DNA of 64,000 bases from Anaerolineae bacterium (GTDB taxonomy: Bacteria > Chloroflexota > Anaerolineae > UBA1429): NCBI GenBank assembly GCA_040768605.1, contig JAXGMP010000005.1:136132-200131 (forward strand), read 5' to 3'. This document shows positions 29,309-39,016 of this stretch, piece by piece; the first letter of the stretch is position 1, and each line of letters begins with the position of its first letter. Below the pieces are notes generated by a model. The model was not told the DNA's origin, did not search any database, and saw only the letters and a program-made list of their open reading frames with translations. A program made the translations under genes and the position numbers.

Positions 29309-31006
29309 ATGGTTGACCTGAAGGCCAGACCGTTCTACCTGAGCAATGAGGACATCGCCTGGGTAGAGGACACCATCTCGGGAATGACCGTCGAGGAAAA
29401 GATCGGCCAGCTCCTGGTGAACATGAACCGGTCGACCGATCCCGCCTACATGCAGGAGGCGCTCGACAAGTACCACATCGGGGGGATCCGTTACCCCAAC
29501 CGCAGCGCCGCCGAGCTGTACGAGCAGAACCGCTACCTCCAGGAGCACAGCAAGATCCCGCTCCTCATCGCCGCCAACTGCGAGTCGGGCGGGAACGGCG
29601 GAATGAGGGACGGCACTCTGGTCGCCACCAGCGCCATGAGCGGGGCGGCGCGCACCGATGAGGTCGCCTATCAGGCCGGTTATGTCGGCGGGCGCGAGGC
29701 CGAGGCGATCGGCTGCAACTGGAACTTTGCGCCGGTCTCCGATATCTACCTGAACTGGCGCAACACTATTGTGAACACCCGCGCGTTCTCGAGCGACCCC
29801 GCCAAAGTGCTCGAGCGGTCGCTGGCCTTCATGCGCGGCGTGCGCCAGAGCCGTGTGTTGGCCTGCAGCAAGCACTTTCCCGGGGACGGCCCCGAGGAGC
29901 GCGACCAGCACCTGCTCATGGGGGTAAACCACCTCTCGGTGGCCGAGTGGGACGCTTCCTTTGGCCAGGTGTATCGCGGGCTCATCGAAGCGGGCATCCA
30001 TAGTTTCATGATCGGCCACATCGCCCTGCCGGCCTACACGCGCCGACTGCGCCCCGGCATCCGCGACGAGGAGATCATGCCCGCGACGATCTCGCCGGAA
30101 CTGCTTCAGGACCTACTGCGTGGCCAGCTCGGCTTCAACGGACTGATCATCACCGACGCCTCGCACATGGTGGGCCTGACCTCGATGAAGCCGCGGCGCG
30201 AGCACGTGCCGCTGGCCATCGCCGCCGGCTGCGACATGTTCCTCTACTTCTCGGACGAGGACGTGGGCTTTATGATGGACGGCTACCGGAATGGCATCAT
30301 CAGCGAGGCACGCCTGACCGATGCCCTGCGGCGCATCCTGGGCGCCAAGGCATCCCTCGGGTTGCACAAGAAGGCCAAGACCGAGATCATGCCGCCCAAG
30401 GAGAACCTCTCCGTGGTCGGCTGCGCGGAGCACCGCCGCATGGCGGAAGGGGCGGCCCGCGAGTGCATCACCTTGGTCAAGAACACTCGCCAGCAGCTGC
30501 CCATCCGTCCGGAGACGCACAGACGCGTCCGGCTGTACTACCTCTCCTCGGGGTCGATGTTCGTCGCCGCTCGCTTTGCGCAGAAGGACATGTCCGTGCG
30601 CGACGTCATCATCGAGGAGCTGGAGGCGGCCGGCTTTGAGGTCCACCTGTTTGACACGGAAAAGCCTACCGAACAAGCCGAGAGCCACACCGAGTACGTG
30701 CAGCGGTACGACGCGGCGCTGGTGTTCTCCAACGTGGCGGGCTATGCGAGCGAGAACGTGTATCGTATCGCCTGGGACATGCCCGGGCAGGTGCCCTGGT
30801 ACGCCTCTGAGGTGCCCACCGTGTTCATCTCACTGAACTACACGACGCATCTCTACGACGTGCCGATGGTGCGCACCTTCATCAACGCCTATGCGCCGAC
30901 GCGGGCGGTGGTGCGGGCAGCCATCCAGAAGATGATGGGCAACGAGCCCTTTACGGGTGTGTACGAGGAAACGGTCTTCTGTGACCGCTGGGACACGCGT
31001 CTATAG
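29309..31006 (+). CDS. GH3 beta-N-acetylhexosaminidase/beta-glucosidase (Nag3-like)
   Basis: KHFPGDGPEERDQH, GFNGLIITDA, N-terminal DLKARPFYL; GGAGG RBS. Confidence 0.85.
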   Translation: MVDLKARPFYLSNEDIAWVEDTISGMTVEEKIGQLLVNMNRSTDPAYMQEALDKYHIGGIRYPNRSAAELYEQNRYLQEHSKIPLLIAANCESGGNGGMRDGTLVATSAMSGAARTDEVAYQAGYVGGREAEAIGCNWNFAPVSDIYLNWRNTIVNTRAFSSDPAKVLERSLAFMRGVRQSRVLACSKHFPGDGPEERDQHLLMGVNHLSVAEWDASFGQVYRGLIEAGIHSFMIGHIALPAYTRRLRPGIRDEEIMPATISPELLQDLLRGQLGFNGLIITDASHMVGLTSMKPRREHVPLAIAAGCDMFLYFSDEDVGFMMDGYRNGIISEARLTDALRRILGAKASLGLHKKAKTEIMPPKENLSVVGCAEHRRMAEGAARECITLVKNTRQQLPIRPETHRRVRLYYLSSGSMFVAARFAQKDMSVRDVIIEELEAAGFEVHLFDTEKPTEQAESHTEYVQRYDAALVFSNVAGYASENVYRIAWDMPGQVPWYASEVPTVFISLNYTTHLYDVPMVRTFINAYAPTRAVVRAAIQKMMGNEPFTGVYEETVFCDRWDTRL

Positions 31007-31075
31007 GCATTTGAGCGGGGCACACCCGCATAGCCATGAGGGGGCGGCGCCGGGCGCCGCGCAATAGGAGGTGTC

Positions 31076-31936
31076 TTGGTTACGGAAACGATGCTCCGCC
31101 CACTGGAACTGGGGGACCTGCAAGCAGCGATGTCCCTTTCGCAAGAGGCCGGCTGGAACCAGGTACCGGAGGACTGGAAGATCTTCCTGGACCTGGGCGA
31201 GGGCTACGGCCTGTTCGACAGCGCGGAGGGGCTGGTGGCCACCATCTGCCTGCTCCCGTATCCACCCCAGATCGCCTGGCTCAGCATGCTGGTCGTGCGC
31301 GACAGCTGGCGGCGCCGCGGGCTGGGGACCCGCCTGTTCAAGCACAGCCTGCAGCTCCTCGAGGAGCGGGGCATCATCCCCCTGCTCGACGCGACGCCCT
31401 TGGGCCGGCCCCTCTACCTGCCGCTGGGCTTTCGCGATCTGTGGGGCTTCCAGCGCTACATGGCAGCGCAACCGCTGGCCGCGACCGAGGAGGTCGCGCC
31501 CGAGGTGACCGTGCGGCCGCTGGAGCCGCGTGACCTGGACGAGGTGATCGCCCTCGATGCGGTCGCCTTTGGCGCCCGGCGCGAGGCGCTGCTCAGGCAT
31601 TTGCTGGGCCGCTACCCCGACGTCGCCCTGGTAGCCGTGGGGCCCGGCGGCCTGCGCGGCTCCCTCTTGGGGCGTAACGGCCGGATGGCCAATCACCTGG
31701 GCCCCCTGACGGCCGCCGACCCCGCCACAGCGATGGCCCTGCTGCACGCCGCGCTGGAACGCGCCTCGGGCCCCCTCCAGGTGGACGTGCCCGACGCGCA
31801 GACCCCGCTGCGCGACTACCTGCTGCGCCGCGGGTTTGAGCCGCGGCGTTCCTTCACCCGTATGATCCGCGGAGACGCCGCCCCGCCGGGGGATGCCCGG
31901 CTCCTCTACGCCGTAGCCGGGGGAGAACTGGGGTAG
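31076..31936 (+). CDS. Tandem-domain GNAT acetyltransferase (YitH-like)
   Basis: GWNQ..DW, RRRGLG, LDAT..G..LY..LGF; AGGAGG RBS and TTG start. Confidence 0.8.
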   Translation: MVTETMLRPLELGDLQAAMSLSQEAGWNQVPEDWKIFLDLGEGYGLFDSAEGLVATICLLPYPPQIAWLSMLVVRDSWRRRGLGTRLFKHSLQLLEERGIIPLLDATPLGRPLYLPLGFRDLWGFQRYMAAQPLAATEEVAPEVTVRPLEPRDLDEVIALDAVAFGARREALLRHLLGRYPDVALVAVGPGGLRGSLLGRNGRMANHLGPLTAADPATAMALLHAALERASGPLQVDVPDAQTPLRDYLLRRGFEPRRSFTRMIRGDAAPPGDARLLYAVAGGELG

Positions 31937-31966
31937 GGTACTGCCGGCGTCGCCGGCGAGAAGCGA

Positions 31967-32009
31967 ACACCCGGCTCTGGAGGGCCTACGGCCTTCCAGA
32001 ACCGGGTGT
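31967..32009. terminator. Hairpin between convergent genes
   Basis: acacccggctctggagggc / gccttccagaaccgggtgt, near-perfect stem. Confidence 0.5.
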
Positions 32010-32032
32010 CGTTCTGCCGGAGAGAGTGGGGC

Positions 32033-32869
32033 TCAGCCCCTGCGGCGCGCCGGGGTCGCCTCGGTCTTGACGGCCAGCTGCCCACCGGGCACCAGCTGTG
32101 CCACGGTCTGTGCGTCCGGCCCGGCCACCAGCTCGGCGTCGATCGTTGCGTCGCCGTATTCCTGGTAGCTCTTGCCCTCGGTGGAGAACTTGCCCGTGAG
32201 AGCGTCGTACTCCATCATCGCCTCCCGCTCCTTGGAGGCCCAGCGATACTGGAACGTATAGATCGGGCGGAAGTAGAGATCCAGGCTCTGCACCTCGAGT
32301 ACTTCCTCGGTGATCTCGTCCGCCACGACGCGCTTTACCAGGCCGCCCACCGCATCGCGCACGATGCCGGTGGAGGCCAGCTGCGGCGGCACCACGATGA
32401 CGCCCTCACTGCGCAGGGCAGCCAGGTCCTGCAGGCTGACGACCCGCCCCGGGTAGTTGACGTACTCGGCCAGGGAGGCCTCCTTGCTGCCGCTGAGCGC
32501 GTCCACATAGTACTCGACCGAAGCGGTCTCGCTGCAGTGCTCCAGGCCGCTGAACGTCACGCCGTTCCCCGCCACATCGTAATCGGTGCCCTGGATGGTC
32601 ACTGACTTGACCTCGGGCCCGCGCATGGTCACCTGGTACTCGCCCTGCCGCTCATAGCCATAGAACGCCGAGCAGACGACGTGCCAGAACGGCTGGTAGC
32701 GGCGCTCCTTGTAGATCAGCTCAAAGTCCTCATCCTTGGGACGCGAGAAGAGCTTGGCGATCGCCCCGAAGGCGTCGACCTTGCGCGCCCAAGCCAAGCC
32801 CTCGGCCCGGTCCATGGAATGCTGTTCCTCGAGAGCGAGGATTCGCAGTTCGGCTACTGTGACCTTCAT
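32033..32869 (-). CDS. Hypothetical protein (278 aa)
   Basis: GGAGGAG RBS before MKVTVAEL; host-like codon usage; no motif recognised. Confidence 0.7.
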   Translation of the reverse strand: MKVTVAELRILALEEQHSMDRAEGLAWARKVDAFGAIAKLFSRPKDEDFELIYKERRYQPFWHVVCSAFYGYERQGEYQVTMRGPEVKSVTIQGTDYDVAGNGVTFSGLEHCSETASVEYYVDALSGSKEASLAEYVNYPGRVVSLQDLAALRSEGVIVVPPQLASTGIVRDAVGGLVKRVVADEITEEVLEVQSLDLYFRPIYTFQYRWASKEREAMMEYDALTGKFSTEGKSYQEYGDATIDAELVAGPDAQTVAQLVPGGQLAVKTEATPARRRG

Positions 32870-33038
32870 CGTGCGCTCTCCTCCATCGCTGAACCATGCC
32901 CCGCGACGCCGGGCTTTGCCATTCACCCACAGGTGCCACTTCTGAGCCATTCTACAAAGCGGCCGGAGGGCCGTCAAGGGTTGGGACGCCGCTCCCGGCC
33001 GGCCACACGCGGGCCCGACCTGGCCGGCCCGGCTACCT

Positions 33039-34025
33039 TCAGTCTTCGGAGAGCAGCGCGCGCGCGTCGGCAAAGAGCCCCGCCTGCCCGCCCGTGTGCC
33101 AGAACAGCACCGTCTCGCCGGCGCGGAACTCACCCTGGGCGACCAGGTCGATGAGGCCGGCCATGGCCTTGGCCGTGTAGACGGGGTCCAGCAGGAGCCC
33201 CTCCTGCTCGGCCAGCAGGCGGATCGCCTCCCGTTCGGCGGCGGCAACCACCCCGTATCCCCCGCCGCGATAGCCCTCCTGGATCACCACATCCTGCGGG
33301 CCAAGGCGCGAGTCTCGCCCGAGGAGCGCCGCCGTCAGGTGGGCGACCGAGAGCACGCTCGGGCCCAGTTCATCGGCGGCCGGGCCCACACTGATGCCCA
33401 CGATCCGCCCGCGGAACCCGACCGCTTCCGCCCCTACCAGCAGGCCCGCCTGGGTGCCGCCCGACCCGGTAGCGAACACCACATGGTCCACCCCGAGGTC
33501 CCGGGCACGAAGCTGGGCGGCCAGCTCCTCCATGGCGCCGACATAGCCCACCGCTCCGATCGGGTTGGAACCGCCCGTGGGGATCAGGTAGGGGTGCCGG
33601 CCCACGCTGCGCTCTTCCTCAGCCACCTCCTGCATGAGGTCGTAGGGGTCGCGATCCCCGGCCCAGCGTACCTGGGCGCCCAGAAGGCGGTCCAGCAGCA
33701 GGTTGCCGGCGGCCAGCCCCACTGGGGCCCTGGGCGCTAGCACCAGGGTACAGCGCAAGCCACAGCGCGCGGCGGCCGCCGCCGTCTGGCGCGCGTGGTT
33801 GGACTGGGCCGCCCCGCAAGTGATGACCGTATCGGCCCCCTGCTGCAGCGCATCGGCGAGGAGGTACTCGAGCTTGCGCGCCTTGTTCCCGCCGGTGGCC
33901 AGGCCGGTGGCGTCGTCACGTTTGACCAGGATGCGCGGGCCGCCGAGGCGCGCGGAGAGGCGCGGTAGTTCCTCCAGCGGGGTGGGCAGGTGTGCCAGGC
34001 ACACGCGGGGCAACTGGTGAGACAT
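33039..34025 (-). CDS. D-cysteine desulfhydrase/ACC deaminase family PLP enzyme
   Basis: KRDD.TG...GGNKARKL, QSNH, GSGGT, LDPVYT, HTGG. Confidence 0.9.
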   Translation of the reverse strand: MSHQLPRVCLAHLPTPLEELPRLSARLGGPRILVKRDDATGLATGGNKARKLEYLLADALQQGADTVITCGAAQSNHARQTAAAAARCGLRCTLVLAPRAPVGLAAGNLLLDRLLGAQVRWAGDRDPYDLMQEVAEEERSVGRHPYLIPTGGSNPIGAVGYVGAMEELAAQLRARDLGVDHVVFATGSGGTQAGLLVGAEAVGFRGRIVGISVGPAADELGPSVLSVAHLTAALLGRDSRLGPQDVVIQEGYRGGGYGVVAAAEREAIRLLAEQEGLLLDPVYTAKAMAGLIDLVAQGEFRAGETVLFWHTGGQAGLFADARALLSED

Positions 34026-34134
34026 GGGCGCTCCCCTTCTGCAGGCGTGCTGCTCAGCCGTGGTACCCAGTATACCATGTGCTCCACGGGCGTGACAGGT
34101 CAGGCCCCGTGGAGCAGTCCAGGCCCGCATACTA

Positions 34135-34177
34135 TTGACGCGACAGTATTTGTGACGTATAATGAAACAAATGTTCT
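34135..34177 (+). promoter_or_regulatory. recA promoter with adjacent LexA (GAAC-N4-GTTC type) SOS box
   Basis: TTGACG (34135-40), 17 nt, TATAAT (34158-63), then AAAC-AAAT-GTTC (34165-76) over the predicted start site. Confidence 0.8.
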
Positions 34178-34289
34178 ATGACGCTGTTCCGCGGCAGCGC
34201 GTCGGCTGCAGGGAACCTTGCCCGGATTACTTGCCTTTCGGCGCCGGGTATTGTAAACTCACAGCGTGAGGATCTGAGGAGGACTCCCG

Positions 34290-35345
34290 ATGGCCACAGC
34301 CACTGACGGCCGCGCGAAAGCACTGGAGACAGCCGTTACCCAGATCAAGAAGCGCTTTGGTGATGGCGCTATCATGAAACTGGGTGACTCGACCGGCATG
34401 AACATCGAGGCCATCCCGACCGGTTGCCTGGCGCTGGACATGGCTCTGGGCATCGGCGGCATTCCCCGCGGCAGGATCACCGAGATCTATGGCCCGGAAT
34501 CATCGGGCAAGACGACGCTGTGCCAACACATCATCGCCGAGTGCCAGCGCATGGGCGGCGTGGCCGCCTTTGTGGACGTCGAGCATGCGCTCGATCCCTC
34601 GTACGCGGCCCGGTGCGGCGTCAACGTCGAAGACCTCTACATCTCCCAGCCTGACACGGGAGAGCAGGGGCTGGAGATCACCGAGGCGCTGATACGCAGC
34701 GGCGCCGTTGACGTCATCGTGGTGGACTCGGTGGCCGCCCTGGTCCCCCAGGCCGAGATCGAGGGGGACATGGGCGATGCCCATATGGGCTTGCAGGCCC
34801 GCCTGATGTCGCAGGCCCTGCGCAAGCTCACCGGCGCCGTCAAGCGCAGCAATACGGCTCTCATTTTCACCAACCAGCTCCGCATGAAGATCGGGGTGCT
34901 GTTCGGCAACCCCGAAACGACCAGCGGCGGCAACGCGCTCAAGTTCTACGCGGCCGTCCGGCTGGACATGCGGCCCATGGAGAGCCTGAAGCAGCGCGGG
35001 GAAGTCATCGGCAAGCGCGTCCGCGTGCGCGTCAAGAAGAACAAGGTCGCTCCTCCGTTCCGAGTCGCTGAGTTTGACATCATGTTCGACCGAGGCATTT
35101 CGAAAGAGGGCAGCCTCGTAGACGTAGGGGTCGATTCGGGCATCATTGACAAGCGTGGCTCGTTCTACTCATATGGTGACACGCGGCTCGGGCAGGGACG
35201 TGAGAACTCGAAGCAGTTCCTGGCAGAGAACCCCGAGATCGCGGCACAGATAGAAGCGGACGTTCGCGCGGTGCTAAAGCTCACTCCCATGGCCTCGGTG
35301 GATGACGAGGAAGGGAGCGATGCCGAGATGTCCGACGAATCATAA
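34290..35345 (+). CDS. recA: Recombinase RecA
   Basis: [41 protein letters not shown]; acidic tail. Confidence 0.99.
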   Translation: MATATDGRAKALETAVTQIKKRFGDGAIMKLGDSTGMNIEAIPTGCLALDMALGIGGIPRGRITEIYGPESSGKTTLCQHIIAECQRMGGVAAFVDVEHALDPSYAARCGVNVEDLYISQPDTGEQGLEITEALIRSGAVDVIVVDSVAALVPQAEIEGDMGDAHMGLQARLMSQALRKLTGAVKRSNTALIFTNQLRMKIGVLFGNPETTSGGNALKFYAAVRLDMRPMESLKQRGEVIGKRVRVRVKKNKVAPPFRVAEFDIMFDRGISKEGSLVDVGVDSGIIDKRGSFYSYGDTRLGQGRENSKQFLAENPEIAAQIEADVRAVLKLTPMASVDDEEGSDAEMSDES

Positions 35346-35647
35346 TCCCTACGGCCTGCGGGGAGAGATGCCTCGTCATGCGAGGCCTCAGCCAGCACCG
35401 AAGGCCGTACAGCGTGACAACAGGCAAGGGTTAGCCTCCGTTTTCGAGATTGTCTGAGGACACCCAGGAGCAGTCCTAACTCCAAGGTAGCGAGCCTGGC
35501 CGGAGCAGAGACTCTCGGGAACAGACCGCTTCTAGGTTATAGTACTCTCCATCCTCCTGCGATCCGCGCTGAGACCGACCTTCGGGTGCGCGAGCGGTTG
35601 CCGCTTGCGCACGTACTGGGCTGTGGCACGTGCCACGGCTTTTTTTT
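35346..35647 (+). ncRNA. Unidentified structured RNA / 3' UTR ending in an intrinsic terminator
   Basis: Several nested helices (see findings), no credible ORF, terminator stem 35619-35640 followed by T8. Confidence 0.45.
35619..35647 (+). terminator. Intrinsic terminator upstream of recX
   Basis: ggctgtggc-acgt-gccacggct followed by a T run. Confidence 0.8.
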
Positions 35648-35679
35648 GCTTACGGCATTCTGAGAAAGTGCAGGGACAG

Positions 35680-36318
35680 ATGGCCACCATCACGGCACTC
35701 ACCGCGCAGAAGCAGAGGCGGGGCCGGGTGAACGTCTTTCTCGATGGCGAGTTCGCCTTCGGCCTCGACGGGCTGCTGGCGTCCGAGCTGCGCGTGGGCC
35801 AGGTGCTGTCGCAAGAGGAGATCGACCTTCTGCAGCACCAGGAAGCCGTTGCCGATGCCTACAATCGGTCGCTGCACTATCTCTCCTTCCGCCCGCGCAG
35901 CGAGCAGGAGATGACCCACTACCTCGGCGGCCGGGACGTGCCTCCGGAAGCGATCGATGAGGTGCTGGGCCGGCTGCGTAGCGCGGGGTTGGTGGACGAC
36001 CGGCAGTTCGCCCGGCTCTGGGTGGAGAATCGCGAGTCTTTCCGCCCGCGGGGCCGCTTCGCCCTCAAGCAAGAGTTACGCGCCAAGGGCATCGCGACGG
36101 ATGTGGCCGCATCCGTCCTCGATGACGTGAACGAGGATGCGGGCGCCATGCGCGTGGGCCGCAAGGCCCTGCCGCAGCTCGCCCGTCTAGAGCGCGACGT
36201 ATTCTACCGGCGCCTGCTCGGCCGACTGCGGCGGCGCGGGTTCGGGTACCCGGTCGCCCGCCGGGTGGTGGACGCGTTGTGGTCCGAGCTACACCCGCAA
36301 CGTTCTGACCTCGAATAG
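35680..36318 (+). CDS. recX: RecX regulatory protein
   Basis: RVNVFLDG.FAF, LSFRPRS..E, LVDD..FA..W, L.RRGF; downstream of recA. Confidence 0.9.
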   Translation: MATITALTAQKQRRGRVNVFLDGEFAFGLDGLLASELRVGQVLSQEEIDLLQHQEAVADAYNRSLHYLSFRPRSEQEMTHYLGGRDVPPEAIDEVLGRLRSAGLVDDRQFARLWVENRESFRPRGRFALKQELRAKGIATDVAASVLDDVNEDAGAMRVGRKALPQLARLERDVFYRRLLGRLRRRGFGYPVARRVVDALWSELHPQRSDLE

Positions 36319-36364
36319 CGGGTGCCGTCCGATCGTGAATCGATGAAGAAAGGACGCCTAAGGC

Positions 36365-37894
36365 ATGGATACGTACTATTGGATAGCCATCGTGGTTGTC
36401 GCCGCGGTCGTGAGCTTTGTGGTCGGCCATTTCCTGCGTACGCGCCTGGTAGGCCGACGCGTCTCGGCGCTGGAGCTGGAGGCGGATAGGCGCCTTACTG
36501 AGGCGCGCGCTTCGGCCATGCAGCTGGAACTGGAGGCGCGCGACAAGGCCCTGCTGCTCCTGCAGGAGGCCGAGACCGACATCAAACAGCGCACACAGGA
36601 GCTGAGCCGCCAGGAGAACCGGCTACAGCAGCGCCGCGAAAACCTCGACCACCGCTTTGATGCCATGGAGGCGCGCGAGCGCAAGATCGAGGAACGCCGG
36701 CGCGCCCAAGAGAAGCGCCAGGAGGAGCTGGACGAGGCGTGGCAAGTGCACCTCGCGGAGCTCGAGCGCATCTCCGGCCTTACCCGCGAGGAGGCCAAAG
36801 AGGTCCTGCTCGACCGCGTGCGCGATGAGACCCGGGCCGACGCGGCGCGCATCATCCGCGATATCGAGGCCCAGGCCAGGGAAGAGGGCGAGCGCAAGGC
36901 GCGCGAGATCGTCACCGTGGCCATCCAGCGCGTCGCCACCGACCAGGTGGCCGAGACGACCGTCTCTACCGTGGAGCTCCCCAACGACGACATGAAGGGG
37001 CGCATCATCGGCCGGGGCGGCCGCAACATCCGCGCCATCGAGAACGTCACCGGGGTGGACCTGGTCATCGACGACACGCCCGAGGCCGTCATCCTCTCCA
37101 GCTTTGACCCCGTGCGCCGCGAAGTGGCGCGCATCACCCTCGAGCGCCTGATCATGGACGGCCGCATTCACCCAGCCCGCATCGAGAGCATGGTGGAGAA
37201 GGCCCGTTCGGAGGTGGACCAGACCATCCGCGAGTCTGGCGAGCAGGCTGCGCTGGACCTGGGTATCCACGGCCTGCCGGCGGACCTCATCAAGCTGTTG
37301 GGGCGCCTGCGCTACCGCACCTCCTACGGCCAGAACGTCCTGCAGCACTCGGTCGAGAGTGCCCAGATATGCGCCATCATGGCCAGCGAGCTGGGGGCCG
37401 ACGTCGAACTGGCCAAGCTGGCCGGCCTGCTACACGATATCGGCAAGGCCGTGGACCACGAGGTGGACGGGCCTCATGCCCTGATCGGCGAAGAGATCGC
37501 CAAGCGCCAGGGAATGCCCGAGTCGGTCTGCAACGCCATTGCCAGCCACCACGCCGAAGCAGAACAGCAGACCCTCGAGGCGGTACTCGTCCAGGTGGCG
37601 GACGCTATTTCGGCGTCGCGGCCGGGGGCGCGCCGCGAAAGCATCGAGACCTACATCAAGCGTATCAAGTCGCTGGAGCAGGTGGCCAGTTCCTTCCCCG
37701 GCGTCGAAACGACCTATGCCATCCAGGCGGGCCGCGAGGTACGGATCATCGTCAAGCCGGATGAGATCGACGATCTCGCCGCCATGACCCTGTCCCGCGA
37801 TATCGCCAAGAAGGTGGAGGAGAACCTCCAGTATCCGGGGCAGATCCGCATTACGGTTATCCGCGAGACTCGCGCGACCGAGTACGCCAAGTAG
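36365..37894 (+). CDS. rny: Ribonuclease Y
   Basis: N-terminal TM, coiled coil, KH ([14 protein letters not shown]), HD (LLHDIGKA), YPGQI. Confidence 0.97.
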   Translation: MDTYYWIAIVVVAAVVSFVVGHFLRTRLVGRRVSALELEADRRLTEARASAMQLELEARDKALLLLQEAETDIKQRTQELSRQENRLQQRRENLDHRFDAMEARERKIEERRRAQEKRQEELDEAWQVHLAELERISGLTREEAKEVLLDRVRDETRADAARIIRDIEAQAREEGERKAREIVTVAIQRVATDQVAETTVSTVELPNDDMKGRIIGRGGRNIRAIENVTGVDLVIDDTPEAVILSSFDPVRREVARITLERLIMDGRIHPARIESMVEKARSEVDQTIRESGEQAALDLGIHGLPADLIKLLGRLRYRTSYGQNVLQHSVESAQICAIMASELGADVELAKLAGLLHDIGKAVDHEVDGPHALIGEEIAKRQGMPESVCNAIASHHAEAEQQTLEAVLVQVADAISASRPGARRESIETYIKRIKSLEQVASSFPGVETTYAIQAGREVRIIVKPDEIDDLAAMTLSRDIAKKVEENLQYPGQIRITVIRETRATEYAK

Positions 37895-38099
37895 CAGCGC
37901 GTCGCGTGCCGTGCATCCAGCGATCACAGCAATGAGACCATCGCCATGGACCTGCACGGATGCACCGGCCACCTGTTTGGCGCGCCCCGCCACGCTGGGG
38001 GGCACCGAGATGCAAGCGGAGAGCTGTCCCGCGAGGCTTTTGGCACAGAAGAGACGGCCGGCGAGCCGCATGTTGCGTGAGGTTAGCTAAGCGAATCTC

Positions 38100-38933
38100 G
38101 TGTTGACTATTGATCTGCACATCCACACCGTGGCCTCTGATGGCGCGCACACCCCCGAGGAGATCGTCGCGATGGCTCTCCGCGCTGGGCTGCGCGTCAT
38201 CGCCATCACAGACCATGACGCCCTGGACGCCCTGCCGGCGGCGCTCGAGGCGGCCGCAGGCACCGACCTGGACGTAATCCCCGGCGTCGAGATCTCCTGC
38301 AACGGGCAGAGCAGCGACGTACACCTGCTCGGCTACTATGTGGATTGGCACAACCAGTCGCTGCGCCAGGCGGTGGGGCGTTCACAGCACGCGCGCGTCG
38401 GGCGTGCCCAGGCCATGCTCGAACGGCTGCGGAGCCTGGGGATCGAACTCTCTTGGGAGCGCGTGCGCGAGCTGGCCGGCGACGGCGCCATCGGGCGCCC
38501 GCACATCGCCGCGGCGCTAGCGGAATCGAACCATGTCGGCTCGGTGCGCGAGGCCTTTGACCTCTACCTGGGTCGCGACCGGCCCGCCTACGTCTCACGC
38601 CTCAAGCTAGAGCCGGAAGAGGCCATTCGCCTGGTACGCGACGCCGGCGGGGTGCCCGTCCTCGCCCATCCCTGGGGACAGGAGGCCTCCGTGCCCCGCC
38701 TGGCGCAGGCCGGCCTTGCCGGCCTCGAGGCGTACTATGCCGGCTACCCCGACGAGGTCGTTTCCGAGTTGGTGGCGCTGGCCAAGCGCCACGACCTGAT
38801 CACTACCGGTGGCAGCGATTTCCACGGCCTTTCCGTGATGCCGGATCGCAACATCGGCTCGGCGCGGGTGCCGCGGCACTGCCTGCGCGCCCTGGAAGAT
38901 CGTCGCCGGCGCATCCTGGCCGAAGAAGGCTGA
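38100..38933 (+). CDS. PHP domain phosphoesterase (TrpH/YciV, RNase AM-like)
   Basis: DLHIHT.ASDG, ITDHD, GVEIS, GRPHIA, LAHP, GGSDFHG. Confidence 0.9.
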   Translation: MLTIDLHIHTVASDGAHTPEEIVAMALRAGLRVIAITDHDALDALPAALEAAAGTDLDVIPGVEISCNGQSSDVHLLGYYVDWHNQSLRQAVGRSQHARVGRAQAMLERLRSLGIELSWERVRELAGDGAIGRPHIAAALAESNHVGSVREAFDLYLGRDRPAYVSRLKLEPEEAIRLVRDAGGVPVLAHPWGQEASVPRLAQAGLAGLEAYYAGYPDEVVSELVALAKRHDLITTGGSDFHGLSVMPDRNIGSARVPRHCLRALEDRRRRILAEEG

Positions 38934-38955
38934 GCATACCCTCCCGGCACCACAG

Positions 38956-38987
38956 ACAGCCCGGCCGCCAATAGGCGGCCGGGCTGT
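38956..38987. terminator. Hairpin between convergent genes
   Basis: acagcccggccgcc-aata-ggcggccgggctgt, 14 bp perfect stem. Confidence 0.65.
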
Positions 38988-39016
38988 GCCATTCTCTCCC
39001 CAGGACGGGCGGTACC

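Noticed and set aside
35358-35432. Glycine riboswitch (ggagaga...ccgaagg...caggcaa)
   Set aside because: The CTCTCAGG core is missing, the pairing differs, and the gene context is unrelated.
35346-35560. Group I intron in or after recA (gcagagact and tatagt resemble the R and S elements)
   Set aside because: RecA is complete with a normal acidic tail, and I could not form P7 or find a 3' exon.
37895-38099. 205 nt rny-PHP spacer as an ncRNA
   Set aside because: It shows only short alternative stems (gtgcatcc/ggatgcac), with no recognisable motif or terminator.
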